Shown in pieces: positions 23,754 to 64,000 of a stretch of 64,000 nucleotides of DNA. The number at the start of each line of letters is the position of its first letter. Positions within the stretch are counted from its first letter, which is position 1. The DNA lies in NCBI GenBank assembly GCA_977016875.1, contig CDRNST010000150.1, positions 62,001 through 126,000 on the forward strand, in the 5' to 3' direction. Source of the stretch: Pavona decussata. Taxonomy: Eukaryota. The translations under genes were made by a program, and so were the position numbers. The notes beneath the pieces were generated by a model. The model had not been told where the DNA came from. It saw nothing but the letters and a program-made list of their open reading frames with translations, and ran no database searches.

Positions 23754-25989
23754 CTGGCGGCTTGGACAGACCAAGTTTCTTTTTATAGTTCGGCTTTCAG
23801 TTTTTGTACAAGTTGAATGAGTAGAAATGCAAAGGAGCACAAATAAAGTGAAGTCATATTTTAAAGTTACGTTTTTGTTTCCGTCACCGTTGTCGTTGTT
23901 TAAGTTCCCTTTTGTGGAGTCCCCGCCATCTTGCTTTGTTAATTTGTTATTTTCTGAAAGAAATGTTATGTTTAAGCCTGGTTGTCACTAAAAAAAATCT
24001 TGCTATATTTTGTTTCGTACATTTTTCAAAGCTTTGGTATTTGTATTTCGTATATTCAGTAAGGTAGAACATGACAAAGCACGAGGAAAAACTTACCGGG
24101 CCATTGGTTTATATAAGGAGTAGTTTATGCCCCTAGTCACTTAATCCTGCATATCCGGTGATGGACTTAACTTCCCATCCAGGAAGGACCCGCAATGAGC
24201 CACTTTTTTCAATTTTGTCGGATTGGGTTGAAGTTTTCCAGTGTGTTCTTCGTTTAAAAGTGTTTGCTGTCTGAACTTAACTTTACAGGGACCGCAGATT
24301 CAAGTGTACCTCTTACATGATGGAAATTTAAAGGCAATGGAAAGGAAAAAATACAGTCAAGGAAAATGCGTTTGCTGTACCTATTTAATACATATTTTCA
24401 TTAAAGGCGACAGGATATTATTTATGGATGTCTCGACTTTTCCCCCTTGGTTTTGATGTGTTCCTTCCAGGGCCCTCTTTCTTCATCTGTCTATCCGTAG
24501 TCCCGTTTTCAGCCTTCTCGTGTTCGCGAGTTTGAGCAGTGATTTCACGAAGAAGCCGTACCTCATCTCGGTGATTTAACCATAGTTAATTGAGGGACTG
24601 GTTATGAAACCTTGCCATGAAAACAACGGTGCTGTAATTTATGTTGGAAGGGCCGCGATCGTGCACAGTTCACCGTCTAGACAGACTGGGTACTTTCAAG
24701 ACCCATTTTCAAGCACACTAACATAAAATTTGCCTGTTGTAAAAAGCAGTAATTTCACATCCATTTTAGCTCTATTTTATTTTAAAATGATTGACTTTGC
24801 TTTAGAAGGTCTGAATATCTACAAGAAACCTTTGATAAGCAACAATTGTAGCAGTAGTGGCACGGTCTTAGCATCTAAACTTCCTTAGGTCAATAAAATC
24901 AGAATGAGTATATGCAAACCGTACACAGGCTATGAATCGAACATCAACGTGGATATTGTGCAACCTGTACACGTGCACTTCTTCTAAAAATAGGCAGACC
25001 TACTTAAACATACCTAACTGAAACTTAAAAGGTCCAATTACTTGAAGGAAAAGTTCGCCAAGGTAATGTAAATACAGATAAACTATTCCTGAAAGTCAGG
25101 TTAGTAAATCCATCCTACGGTCAATGCCTGCTTCCTGTTGATCAGTTCTAGTTCTCTCTTGGATTGTCAGTTTTGTGTTGCGTTGTGTTGAGTAGGTTTG
25201 TTTTGTTTGTTTTTTGCTTCTGTTGTATCCTATTGTGTTGTCCTTGTCTAGTGTTGTGTTAAGTTTGTTAAAGGGTGATTGGATGGAAAGGTTTGAATTG
25301 CACTGAACTCAGTTTAGGAATTATCGCAGCCTTTGCAATCGTTCAAGTAAAACCATCGGCTTACTTTAGAAAGGCCACGACTAGCCTTTTGTCGTTGGTG
25401 TGTTTCTCCCGCTTTACTTTCCCTGAGAGAAATAAGAATCTACTCGTGGTCTTAGCGGCGCTTTACATTTGTCAGAACTGGCCAGCCAGAGACAGTTCGC
25501 AAAGGAAAGGCTGAATTAGATATATGCTAGTCCTTCCAATTGCGAGCGCTGAATGGTAAAAAGCGAGAACGCTTTAAAACTGCAACGATTTGAGTTCCTG
25601 AATTATTTCCAAACAAGAAAACCAAGTAAAGTACGTAAGCGTGTAAAAGGCGGGCCACCCGGCTGACGGGTATAGTGACAAGCAAACAAACCCGGTCTAC
25701 CCAGTCCTGATTCTGACTGCCTTCCCAAGAGCCGAGATTGTCGCTTCAATTCTAGCACAGCTATGTAGCAGTGCGTTTAGTTATCAGTCTACCAAAACCG
25801 GCACCGTTCAAGTGTCTTGATGAAGATCTTCTTTCAGTTAACAGGTGCTTGCACAGTTGTGTAATAAAATATTGATTCAAACATAGCTCATCGTAGAAAA
25901 CATGTCACCGATTATGTTAACCTTCCGGTGCTAAACTCTTATCCGAGGTTATGGATAGGTGCGAAAATATCATCTAAAGCTAGCGACTA

Positions 25990-28682
25990 ATGTGTGTAAT
26001 GAGTGGATATCCATTGATTTTTGTGCTGATGGCTCATGGTATTTTAAAAGTATACGGTGTGCCGTTACTCGACAAAGTGACAAAACCAAAGAATACCAAG
26101 TCTGGTAAGAAGTTGCTGGGAATGTCTTGCTACATCATTACGTTTTTTCATGTATGTGTCCCAGTAGGTTATCATATTCAGGTCCGTTAGAAGAGAGACC
26201 GGTGGGATCAGTTAGTTTGATGAACAAGACCAAATATAAATGTTAGTCGTGAAATTTTCGGGCTTTAATTACGGTCTCTGATTTTCACAGATGGACACTT
26301 CACTCTGGCGCAGTCGGTTTAGCACCTTTTTAGTTAGAGCATTACGGAGTAACTGAGCCCATTTCTCGAGAACAATTTGCTCCCAAACCAACGTTTAAAA
26401 GAGCGACAATACAAAAAGTAAAGCGCGCAGCGAACGTAAGGTACGAGAGAAGTGTTGACAAGTGGCTAGCGCACATGCTCGGTTTCGCGGGGTTCTAGGC
26501 TGTGTAAAAATCAACTTGTTTTGTTATCTAACTTCACTGCAGTGAGCTGTGTGAGCATGACTTTCATTAATGAATACAACAAGCCTATTAGGATCTGGAA
26601 AACAATGTCCAAGACATCGTTTAAGGGATTTATCATCTCTGGAAAAATCTATAAACTGAAAACAATGGTGAAGAATCAGCACAAGCCCGTTGTTTACCAC
26701 GCAGAAGCTTTGGGTAGTGCTGCCGACAAACCTGTCCAACTGTTGCTAGAAGGCCAGGAATCGATTTCCATACTGCCATTTGACTGCGACGAGAAATTCA
26801 TGAATGTTACTGTCACGTCTTCACCATCCGAGCAAGTAAGCGGTAAGTACCGATGGAAATGTACGGCCAGCAATTCAGTCCATTCTAACCTGTGATCAGC
26901 CTAAATAATAGCACCGCTCTTATTTCCTCTTTTTCGGTCGCTTTCTATTATTCGTGCTCCTCGCAGGTATGATCTACCAAGAACACAGGCTAAGCTAATT
27001 CAGATATTGAGTTCTGAACCTCCCTCCCCCCCGCCGCCCCCCCCCCCCCCCTTCCCTCGAAAAAAACAACAACTAAGAATCGAAAAATTCTTGGAACAAA
27101 GTGACTTTGTCAAAGCTGGGTATTGACAGTATTGAGCCTGTCTCAGGTCAATTTGAAATTTGAAACGTCAACAGTCAAAGTCTGATCGCGGGATAAGTCA
27201 CCGCGCGCAAACAAAGTTGTGAGAATGCCGCCTTAGTCACTTATTACTCTGCTGCGTACTTTAGTTACATGTGTGTTAAACGGATAATTTTTTGTCAAGG
27301 TAAACGTGCAATAAGAGTAGAAGAAAAACAGAAACCTATTAGCCGGCTGTAACTAACCTTTGAACTGAGGCTCCCAAGTGGGGTATAGAGCGAAGGCAAA
27401 AAACGCGCCAGGATCGCCAATTTTTCTTTTTGCCGTATACCCAATCTCGTACCCTGAGTCCTCAGGCTTTTTGGTCGGCGGGTGGGCGCCAGGAGAGACT
27501 CTGGGGACATCAAAAAAATTCAAATTTTTTGATTGGCTGTTCCGTAACGGTTTCCATTGTTTTACCGCAGAAATCCTGCGGTAATAAAATTCGATGTCCC
27601 CAGAGTCTCCTGGCGACTAACCGCTGGCCAAAGAATCTAAAAAAAGAGCAAGGCTGATTTCACGGTCAGGGAAGTATATTTTCCGTGAAATCAGCCTTGC
27701 TCTTTTTTAGATTATTTGCTTTACAATTTTTTTGCTGATTAGATCCTTCACTACAGGATCCGGTACTTCTATTTTGTCACGGTGGTCCTTGCAAACACAG
27801 TTTATCACTGGTTTTTGCTGGCCAAAGAGCCTGAGGACTCTGGGTACGAGATTGCCCTATACCCCACTTGGGAGCCCGTTCACAGGCTAACTGCAACAAA
27901 CTTAAAGCTCCATTCACACCAACAAAACATGTTTAATTAAACCAGGTTTAGCAAAATGAAAATTGTGAACAGAAAGCTGAACCGGAAGCAGCTTTTATGA
28001 ACTGAAACAATTTTAAACTGTGTTTAACTAAACAGCTTTTAAACCTGTTTAAGTCTTGGTGTGAATGGGACATTAAATAACTAAGTTGACCAATCGAACG
28101 TCAAGGCACATAGGGAGTACAAAACACATTCTCAGGTTGCGTTTGACGGGGTGTGAACAGATTCCCTTGCCTTCGATACGCGACAGGTTTATCAGTAACC
28201 AGGGCCGGGTTGTTCGAAAGCCGATTAACGCTAACCTACGATTAAAGTTTTCATCTCGCTCTTGAAAAGCGGTTTTCAAGCTAAAGGTAAAGAAAAGTCT
28301 GAGTCAAAACTGACAGCAACAAATCTTTTGGAAGAATTTTTACCGATTAGTAATTAAACTTAAATCACAGTACACGTTAATCCAGGATTAGCTTAATCGA
28401 GGTTTGAACAACTGGGCCCTGGATGTTACGGCTAGGATAAAGATTTGTTTGCTCTGAGTTGAAGGGTCCATCCATGAAGAAGAAAGTGATGATTTGTCAA
28501 TGTTTTTCTTCCCAACAGCGTGCCTAAAGTCTCAGGGAGGGAATTCAGATGGCTTCTGCTGTCATTTCCCGTTCACTTACAAAGGAGTCTCTTACAATTC
28601 ATGTACCAACAGAGATGGAGAGGCGCTCTGGTGCGCTACCACAAACAATTTTGACCAAGGAGGGATGTGGGGTTTCTGCTGA
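25990..28682 (+). CDS. Uncharacterised secreted protein (~190 aa): signal peptide + unknown beta-rich domain + C-terminal fibronectin type II domain
   Basis: Exons 25990(or 25999)-26104 (MSGYPLIFVLMAHGILKVYG, donor GTAAG), 26543-26842 (acceptor CTTCACTGCAG, donor GTAAGT) and 28519-28682 (acceptor CCCAACAG); both introns are phase 1, giving an open frame. The last exon, GGNSDGFCCHFPFTYKGVSYNSCTNRDGEALWCATTNNFDQGGMWGFC*, matches the FN2 consensus C-x-FPF-x-Y-x-G...CT...WCATT-x-N-Y/F-D...WGFC. Confidence 0.75.
27354..27889. mobile_element. Nested MITE cluster (outer MITE > inner MITE 27442-27854 > retro-insert 27635-27816)
   Basis: Outer inverted pair GCTCCCAAGTGGGGTATAG / CTATACCCCACTTGGGAGC. 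Inner TIRs CAATCTCGTACCCTGAGTCCTCAGGC / GCCTGAGGACTCTGGGTACGAGATTG with a 9-bp near-TSD CC(G/C)TATACC. The innermost insert is flanked by GCTGGCCAAAGA. Confidence 0.8.
28200..28420. mobile_element. MITE (CAGGGCCGGGTTGTTCGAA...TTGAACAACTGGGCCCTG)
   Basis: TIRs visible. Confidence 0.7.
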
Positions 28683-30252
28683 TGATGTGACATGGTGGTA
28701 GTACCCTGCTGGAAAGTGCATATATGGAGCATGTTTTTGCTGGGGTGCAAACTTGGTCAGAAGAACAATAACTTGAACGGAAGCAACGCACTCCGTAACT
28801 CGGGAAACAAATGCTTTCTCCTTTTCTCTGCCAGGTTCTTCACTTGTCAAATAGTTACATTTTGCAAAAAAGGGCGTAGCAGTTCAACAGAGTCCTTAAT
28901 CTAAAGAGAGATTACCCGAATTACAGAACCGAAAGAACTCAAATGTCATTTTTCTTTGTCAAGAAGCGTCAGTGTGCTCGTTACGTATTTTGTCTGGAAT
29001 TGGCTATCATCACAGGGTATTTATAGAAATATAGTGGAGGACGTTTTGCCTAACATATTTCTACTGGATAAGTTTTATGCAGATCGCATTAAAAAAAAAA
29101 CAAAAAAAACAAACAAATGCAAAAAAAAAAACGAAAACCTCCATCCCGGTTCCCAGGATCAAGCGAAGCGAACCCAGCCGGGGACAAGGAAAACAGGGCT
29201 TTGGGTGAAGTGACGTTCCTCTACGCGTCCAGCACGACTGGGGGCACCGCGTCACAAGCTTGGCAGTGGTCACGAGTGGTCAATTCAACAAGTCATGAGA
29301 GCGCTCACGACAAAGTGAAAACCAATCAGAGTCGTAGGTTCTACGGAATCGCAGTGGCAAGAATCAGGTTTTCATTTTCTTCAGATTGCGCTTCTCCAGA
29401 AAGTTTTGTTTTATTGCCTTATGTAATGCCACGATAATGGCGATAACTGTAAAAAATGCACTATAAAATCTTTGTGACAAACAGCGATGAGAGGTTGATT
29501 GATTAAAATAAGATTCAGAGGATAACGAGATTTCCTTTCGGCGGGTGTCCGCTTACGGGAGCTTAGAAAGAAAGGAAAAGTCGAAATCGTAAACCCTGAA
29601 AGTGTCCGCGGCCGCTGACGAGACTATCCGCTCACAGGAATGTGATAATACAGAGTTTGTATGGGAGTTCAAACGGGGTTTTCAGAAGGAGGTCGTAAGT
29701 AGAACTGTCCGCTTACGAGAGAGCTTCCACCGCAGTTTTGAAATGCACTGGACCCTTTTCTTTACTAAGCGGTTAGACCATTACACAAGTGATATCAAAC
29801 GGTTTGGAGCACAAATGAAAACAGATCAGCCCCAACAACACAACAAAACAACCACTCGCACAAAATTACATCAAGCATGTTGTTAAAGGAATTTAATTAC
29901 GCGCCTGGTTAAATCCTGGCGACGCAAGACGCAAAAAGAGAACCAGCAGTAATATGGATGGCGTTTATTACCCATACATACGTAAGTTTACAACGGTTTG
30001 ACATACACTAGGTGGAAATCAAACCGAAAAACTTTTGAGGTGTGACAGGTCTCAAAATTAACGCATACAGACGATCATTCTACCATTCACTAACACTACA
30101 ATTCAGTGTCAATACAACTACTAAATGTTTCCTGCTTTTCGTTGAATTTAAGATATTAAGTTACTGTAAGCAATTAGCAGACAAGAATATAAAAAAATGC
30201 CACAAAAATATGAGGCCTAACTATTTTTTTTTTATACTAAATTTTAATCCGA

Positions 30253-60915
<30,663 letters not shown>

Positions 60916-61101
60916 TTTCACTCAGTTCGTTAACCAAACCTACAAATAGGATGTGAGCCACTCAAAGGGGCCAACAGCCACCGCCAAAAAGTAGAATAAA
61001 TGTACAAAAAGAAGTATGTGATCAGTGCTTGGTACAAACGAACATGGACGACTCGTTGGCAGCCGGTGTGGTCATTGGAACGAGGCTGAGGAGGGAGGTG
61101 C

Positions 61102-61134
61102 CACGTGAGAATAAGCCTTCCTGTATGTCACGTG
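61102..61134. promoter_or_regulatory. Paired CACGTG E-boxes ~190-220 bp upstream of the clathrin ATG
   Basis: CACGTG at 61102-61107 and 61129-61134; function inferred from position only. Confidence 0.35.
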
Positions 61135-62021
61135 CTAGGGAGCACTTTTTTCTCTGGGGGAGTATACAGAGGCCGACCACCGCAGGCCGTCGACGATAGT
61201 ATGTTTTTATTTTTTTTTACCAATGATAAAAAGGTTCACATCTTTATTATTTCATTGGATACTTTTACGGTCAGTGCACTTCTGTTCCAAAGCGTATCGA
61301 CAAATAGGGTTGCCCAAAATAGTGTACACAAATTAATTCAGTAATACGAGGTGTGGGGGACAGGGGGATTTACGGTCTCTATTGCTGTGTCGGTGTCGTA
61401 TGATATTTCTGTTTTGAGGTTTTTTTGTCGCAGTATTGCAGTTTCGGCCATCCCCCAATGTCCCCCTCTATTATATTTGGGTCGAAGTAGACTACTCTCG
61501 CGCTCTTGCTAAATTTTGAAAACACCGAATGGGATAACCGGGGGATTTCTAATCAGTGAAGCTCCTTCACCTTGCTAAAGTCTCACAAAAATCAGTGATA
61601 CACTGGTAGACAAAATGAACGAAAAGTTAAAAGAAAAAAAAAACAACTAACGGGCTATATTTTTGGCTTATTAGATCTTTCACAGATCCCATGGCGTATA
61701 CCTGTAGCATTTTCGTTTCCGGATCCTTGCATTTTATTCTTTATAAATAGACAAATTATCGCTGCCTGAACCTTTCAAAAACTCACTTCATGCTTTTCAA
61801 AACTGGGCAATAAGATAAAATTAGAGTCCCTCAAAGGCCATGAATATCTCACAAAGTATGAACACACGAAATTTCCAGGGATAATAATAGTGATGAACAG
61901 TTGAAGTGGATTGAACCCGGAGTACACTGTGTGAGGCATATTTCATGATAATATTTTGTTGGCTCTGACTTGGGAAAGATTTATAAATTATTATCAGTAA
62001 CATGCGACCAAACAAAAGACT

Positions 62022-62044
62022 CCCCCACCCCCCACCCCCCCCCC

Positions 62045-62079
<35 letters not shown>
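62022..62079. repeat. C-rich run + (CA)n microsatellite
   Basis: Directly visible. Confidence 0.9.
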
Positions 62080-62081
<2 letters not shown>

Positions 62082-62916
62082 GCCCCTGGTCAAAACAAAT
62101 AAACATAAAAAATTTAGTATGTAGTTTTAATGCCGAAAGAAACGCCCCCTCCCGAAAGTAACGTTAATTTTTTACCTTTCTATTAAATCCCGAAAGTAAC
62201 GGCCGCCAGGAGAGGAACAATCTCCCCGAAAGTAACGGTCTCTCCAAAATCACTACTCATTGAGACCCCCATTGACAATGAATTGTGTCGATTGCGTTAT
62301 TATTTTAAAATCACTACAGTGATGCCAGTGTACATGCCTTTTATTGTTTTGCGCAAATCTCGCAGAGATACAAGGCCGTAGGTGATTTTAGCCACTTTCC
62401 GTCAGGACTTGTACAAAACCTGAGAAACGTATAAACCTTAAAGTACAAACACACAGTTTTATGCAAAAAAGATATATATTTATTACGTAAGAGCTGAACT
62501 CCATATCGATTCATCGGCTGAAAAGGTATGTGTCATTATTACCAAGCAGGATCAACTCCTGACTACACTGCTCCATCAAGCGTTTACCGTTTCATCTATA
62601 GAGCAATTGTTGAAGGTGTAATTTTAGCGATGCGTCGACAATACGTGAAAATAACGAAATTAAAACCAATGCGAAAATGAAAGGACACGGGTGGCCATCC
62701 AAAACATTTCCCATCACTGACACTGCGGTCGACTGGGAATGAGCTGTGAGGAAAGAGGTTCGCAATGTTTGATGGGAATATTTGTCACGCGTGTGGTTTT
62801 CTCAGATGAAGGTAATCATCAATTGCTGAGGGCTCAGAAAAGAAGTGCAGGATATCAACATTTCAAACGATATTTGATGGCAACGGATGCTTCCATGGCT
62901 TAGATGATGAGCTGAA

Positions 62917-63903
62917 ATGTCCTATGAACCGCCAGTTCTTTCAAGGAAACTCGGCTTTGGCGATGCAAAGGCTCCCGAAAGCAACAGTAGATTTATACAA
63001 TCACGACTTGTCCAAGGAGAGAAGCCAGGCATGTATAATGCATATTTGCAGTTCGTAAACAGGCTAAATCTCGGGATTTCAAGAAATTAATGTATAACTG
63101 CTGAAGTTTTTTAATGTTTTTTCTTTCTGTTATTAGCGAATGGTCTAACGAGATCATTACCCCTACCAGACGACAATGTCCAGCGACAAGACTTCAAACT
63201 TCTCATAGATCCCGCCATAAAGAAAGGGCATGCGAAAATCTATCGATACAATGGAGTATTTCCAGGGGTAAGATTGTTAACTGGGGTTAAAACTGTTGTG
63301 ATCTGTCTCGTTATTGTTAACAAAACTTTTTAAAATTTGTTTATTGTACTTCCTTTCAGCAACCACCGGTTATCCCTAAGGACCCTCGCTCCAGGAGAAC
63401 TCGAATATGGACTCTCAACAAAGCCGACTTACCCGTTCCTAATTTCAAGGTTTGCCCAACTTTGATTTTACCAAACATAAATTCTTAGAAGAGTTTAGAA
63501 CGCTTTTATAGTCGATTGAACATTTACAACTTATTTATCGATATGGTAATTGTCTGTATTGGTTAGCCAATTAGTGGATTACCATCCCATAAATCTCAGC
63601 GTTGTTTTTGGTGATTCCCTCAAAAGGTGGACAAGTGGTACGTTGGAATTCCTCCACAACGTGAAGTTCACTTTTCAGGATTGAACGACAATGTGGACAA
63701 GAAATTTCTTGAGGGGATGTGCGAACGTTTTGGAAAAATAGATGCCATCAAAATATACTTCGACCCTCAAACGAAGAAACATACCGGAAAGGGACGTGTG
63801 ACATTTGCCACTACTTCTGCTGCTAAAATGGCAGTTTCAAAATTGGATCACACTTCTGTCATGGGGAATATTATAAAGACCCACATCGAATCAAACACCA
63901 AAG
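62917..63903 (+). CDS. SETD1: Histone H3K4 methyltransferase SETD1/Set1, N-terminal exons including RRM; continues beyond window
   Basis: Exons 63137-63267 (DFKLLIDPAIKKGHAKIYRYNGV), 63360-63449 (PKDPR...RIW...DLPVPNFK) and 63627-63903 (VDKWYVGIPPQREVHFSGLNDNV...FGKI...IYFDPQTKKHTGKGRVTF...SVMGNII) match the SETD1A/B N-terminus and RRM. The first coding exon is probably 62917-63028 (GC donor) or 62924-63032. Confidence 0.9.
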
Positions 63904-64000
63904 GTAAGCTGTTGTTTATATTGATTTTATCAACGCATAATATAAAAGGTGGAGAGATTTTTGCAGAACGTGTGACAAACAGGATGTTGCGTCAATGATG

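Noticed and set aside
26291-26440. Extra exon of the FN2 gene with a KVKR dibasic site
   Set aside because: No acceptor/donor pair keeps phase with the strong acceptor at 26542; the direct 26104^26543 splice is simpler. Not fully excluded without RNA-seq.

Overview
Eukaryotic, intron-rich animal DNA. The AT-rich introns and repeat families suggest a stony coral or other anthozoan (inference). Four protein-coding genes were reconstructed by hand from GT/AG boundaries and frame continuity: (1) THOC1/Hpr1 on + (5' end outside the window, 22-23 exons over 68-~23750, apparently lacking the C-terminal death domain); (2) an uncharacterised 3-exon secreted protein on + (signal peptide, ~100-aa beta-rich domain with a VHL-beta-like pattern, one C-terminal fibronectin type II domain; 25990-28682); (3) a complete clathrin heavy chain on - (32 exons, 1673 aa, 30253-60915); (4) the 5' part of a SETD1/Set1 H3K4 methyltransferase on + (62917 onward), head-to-head with clathrin. 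Introns are full of mobile-element debris: two Penelope-like (GIY-YIG) fragments, CR1/L2 LINE remnants, Crypton-like elements, SINEs, a probable DIRS/Ngaro terminal repeat and many, partly nested, MITEs. There are two N gaps. The most novel-looking signals are RNA motifs at Penelope-type 3' termini: two variant minimal hammerheads (core CCGUUGA/UCGUUAA), one compact HDV-like fold and one unclassified motif. The orphan secreted FN2 protein is also of interest. These are hypotheses from manual reading and have not been tested.
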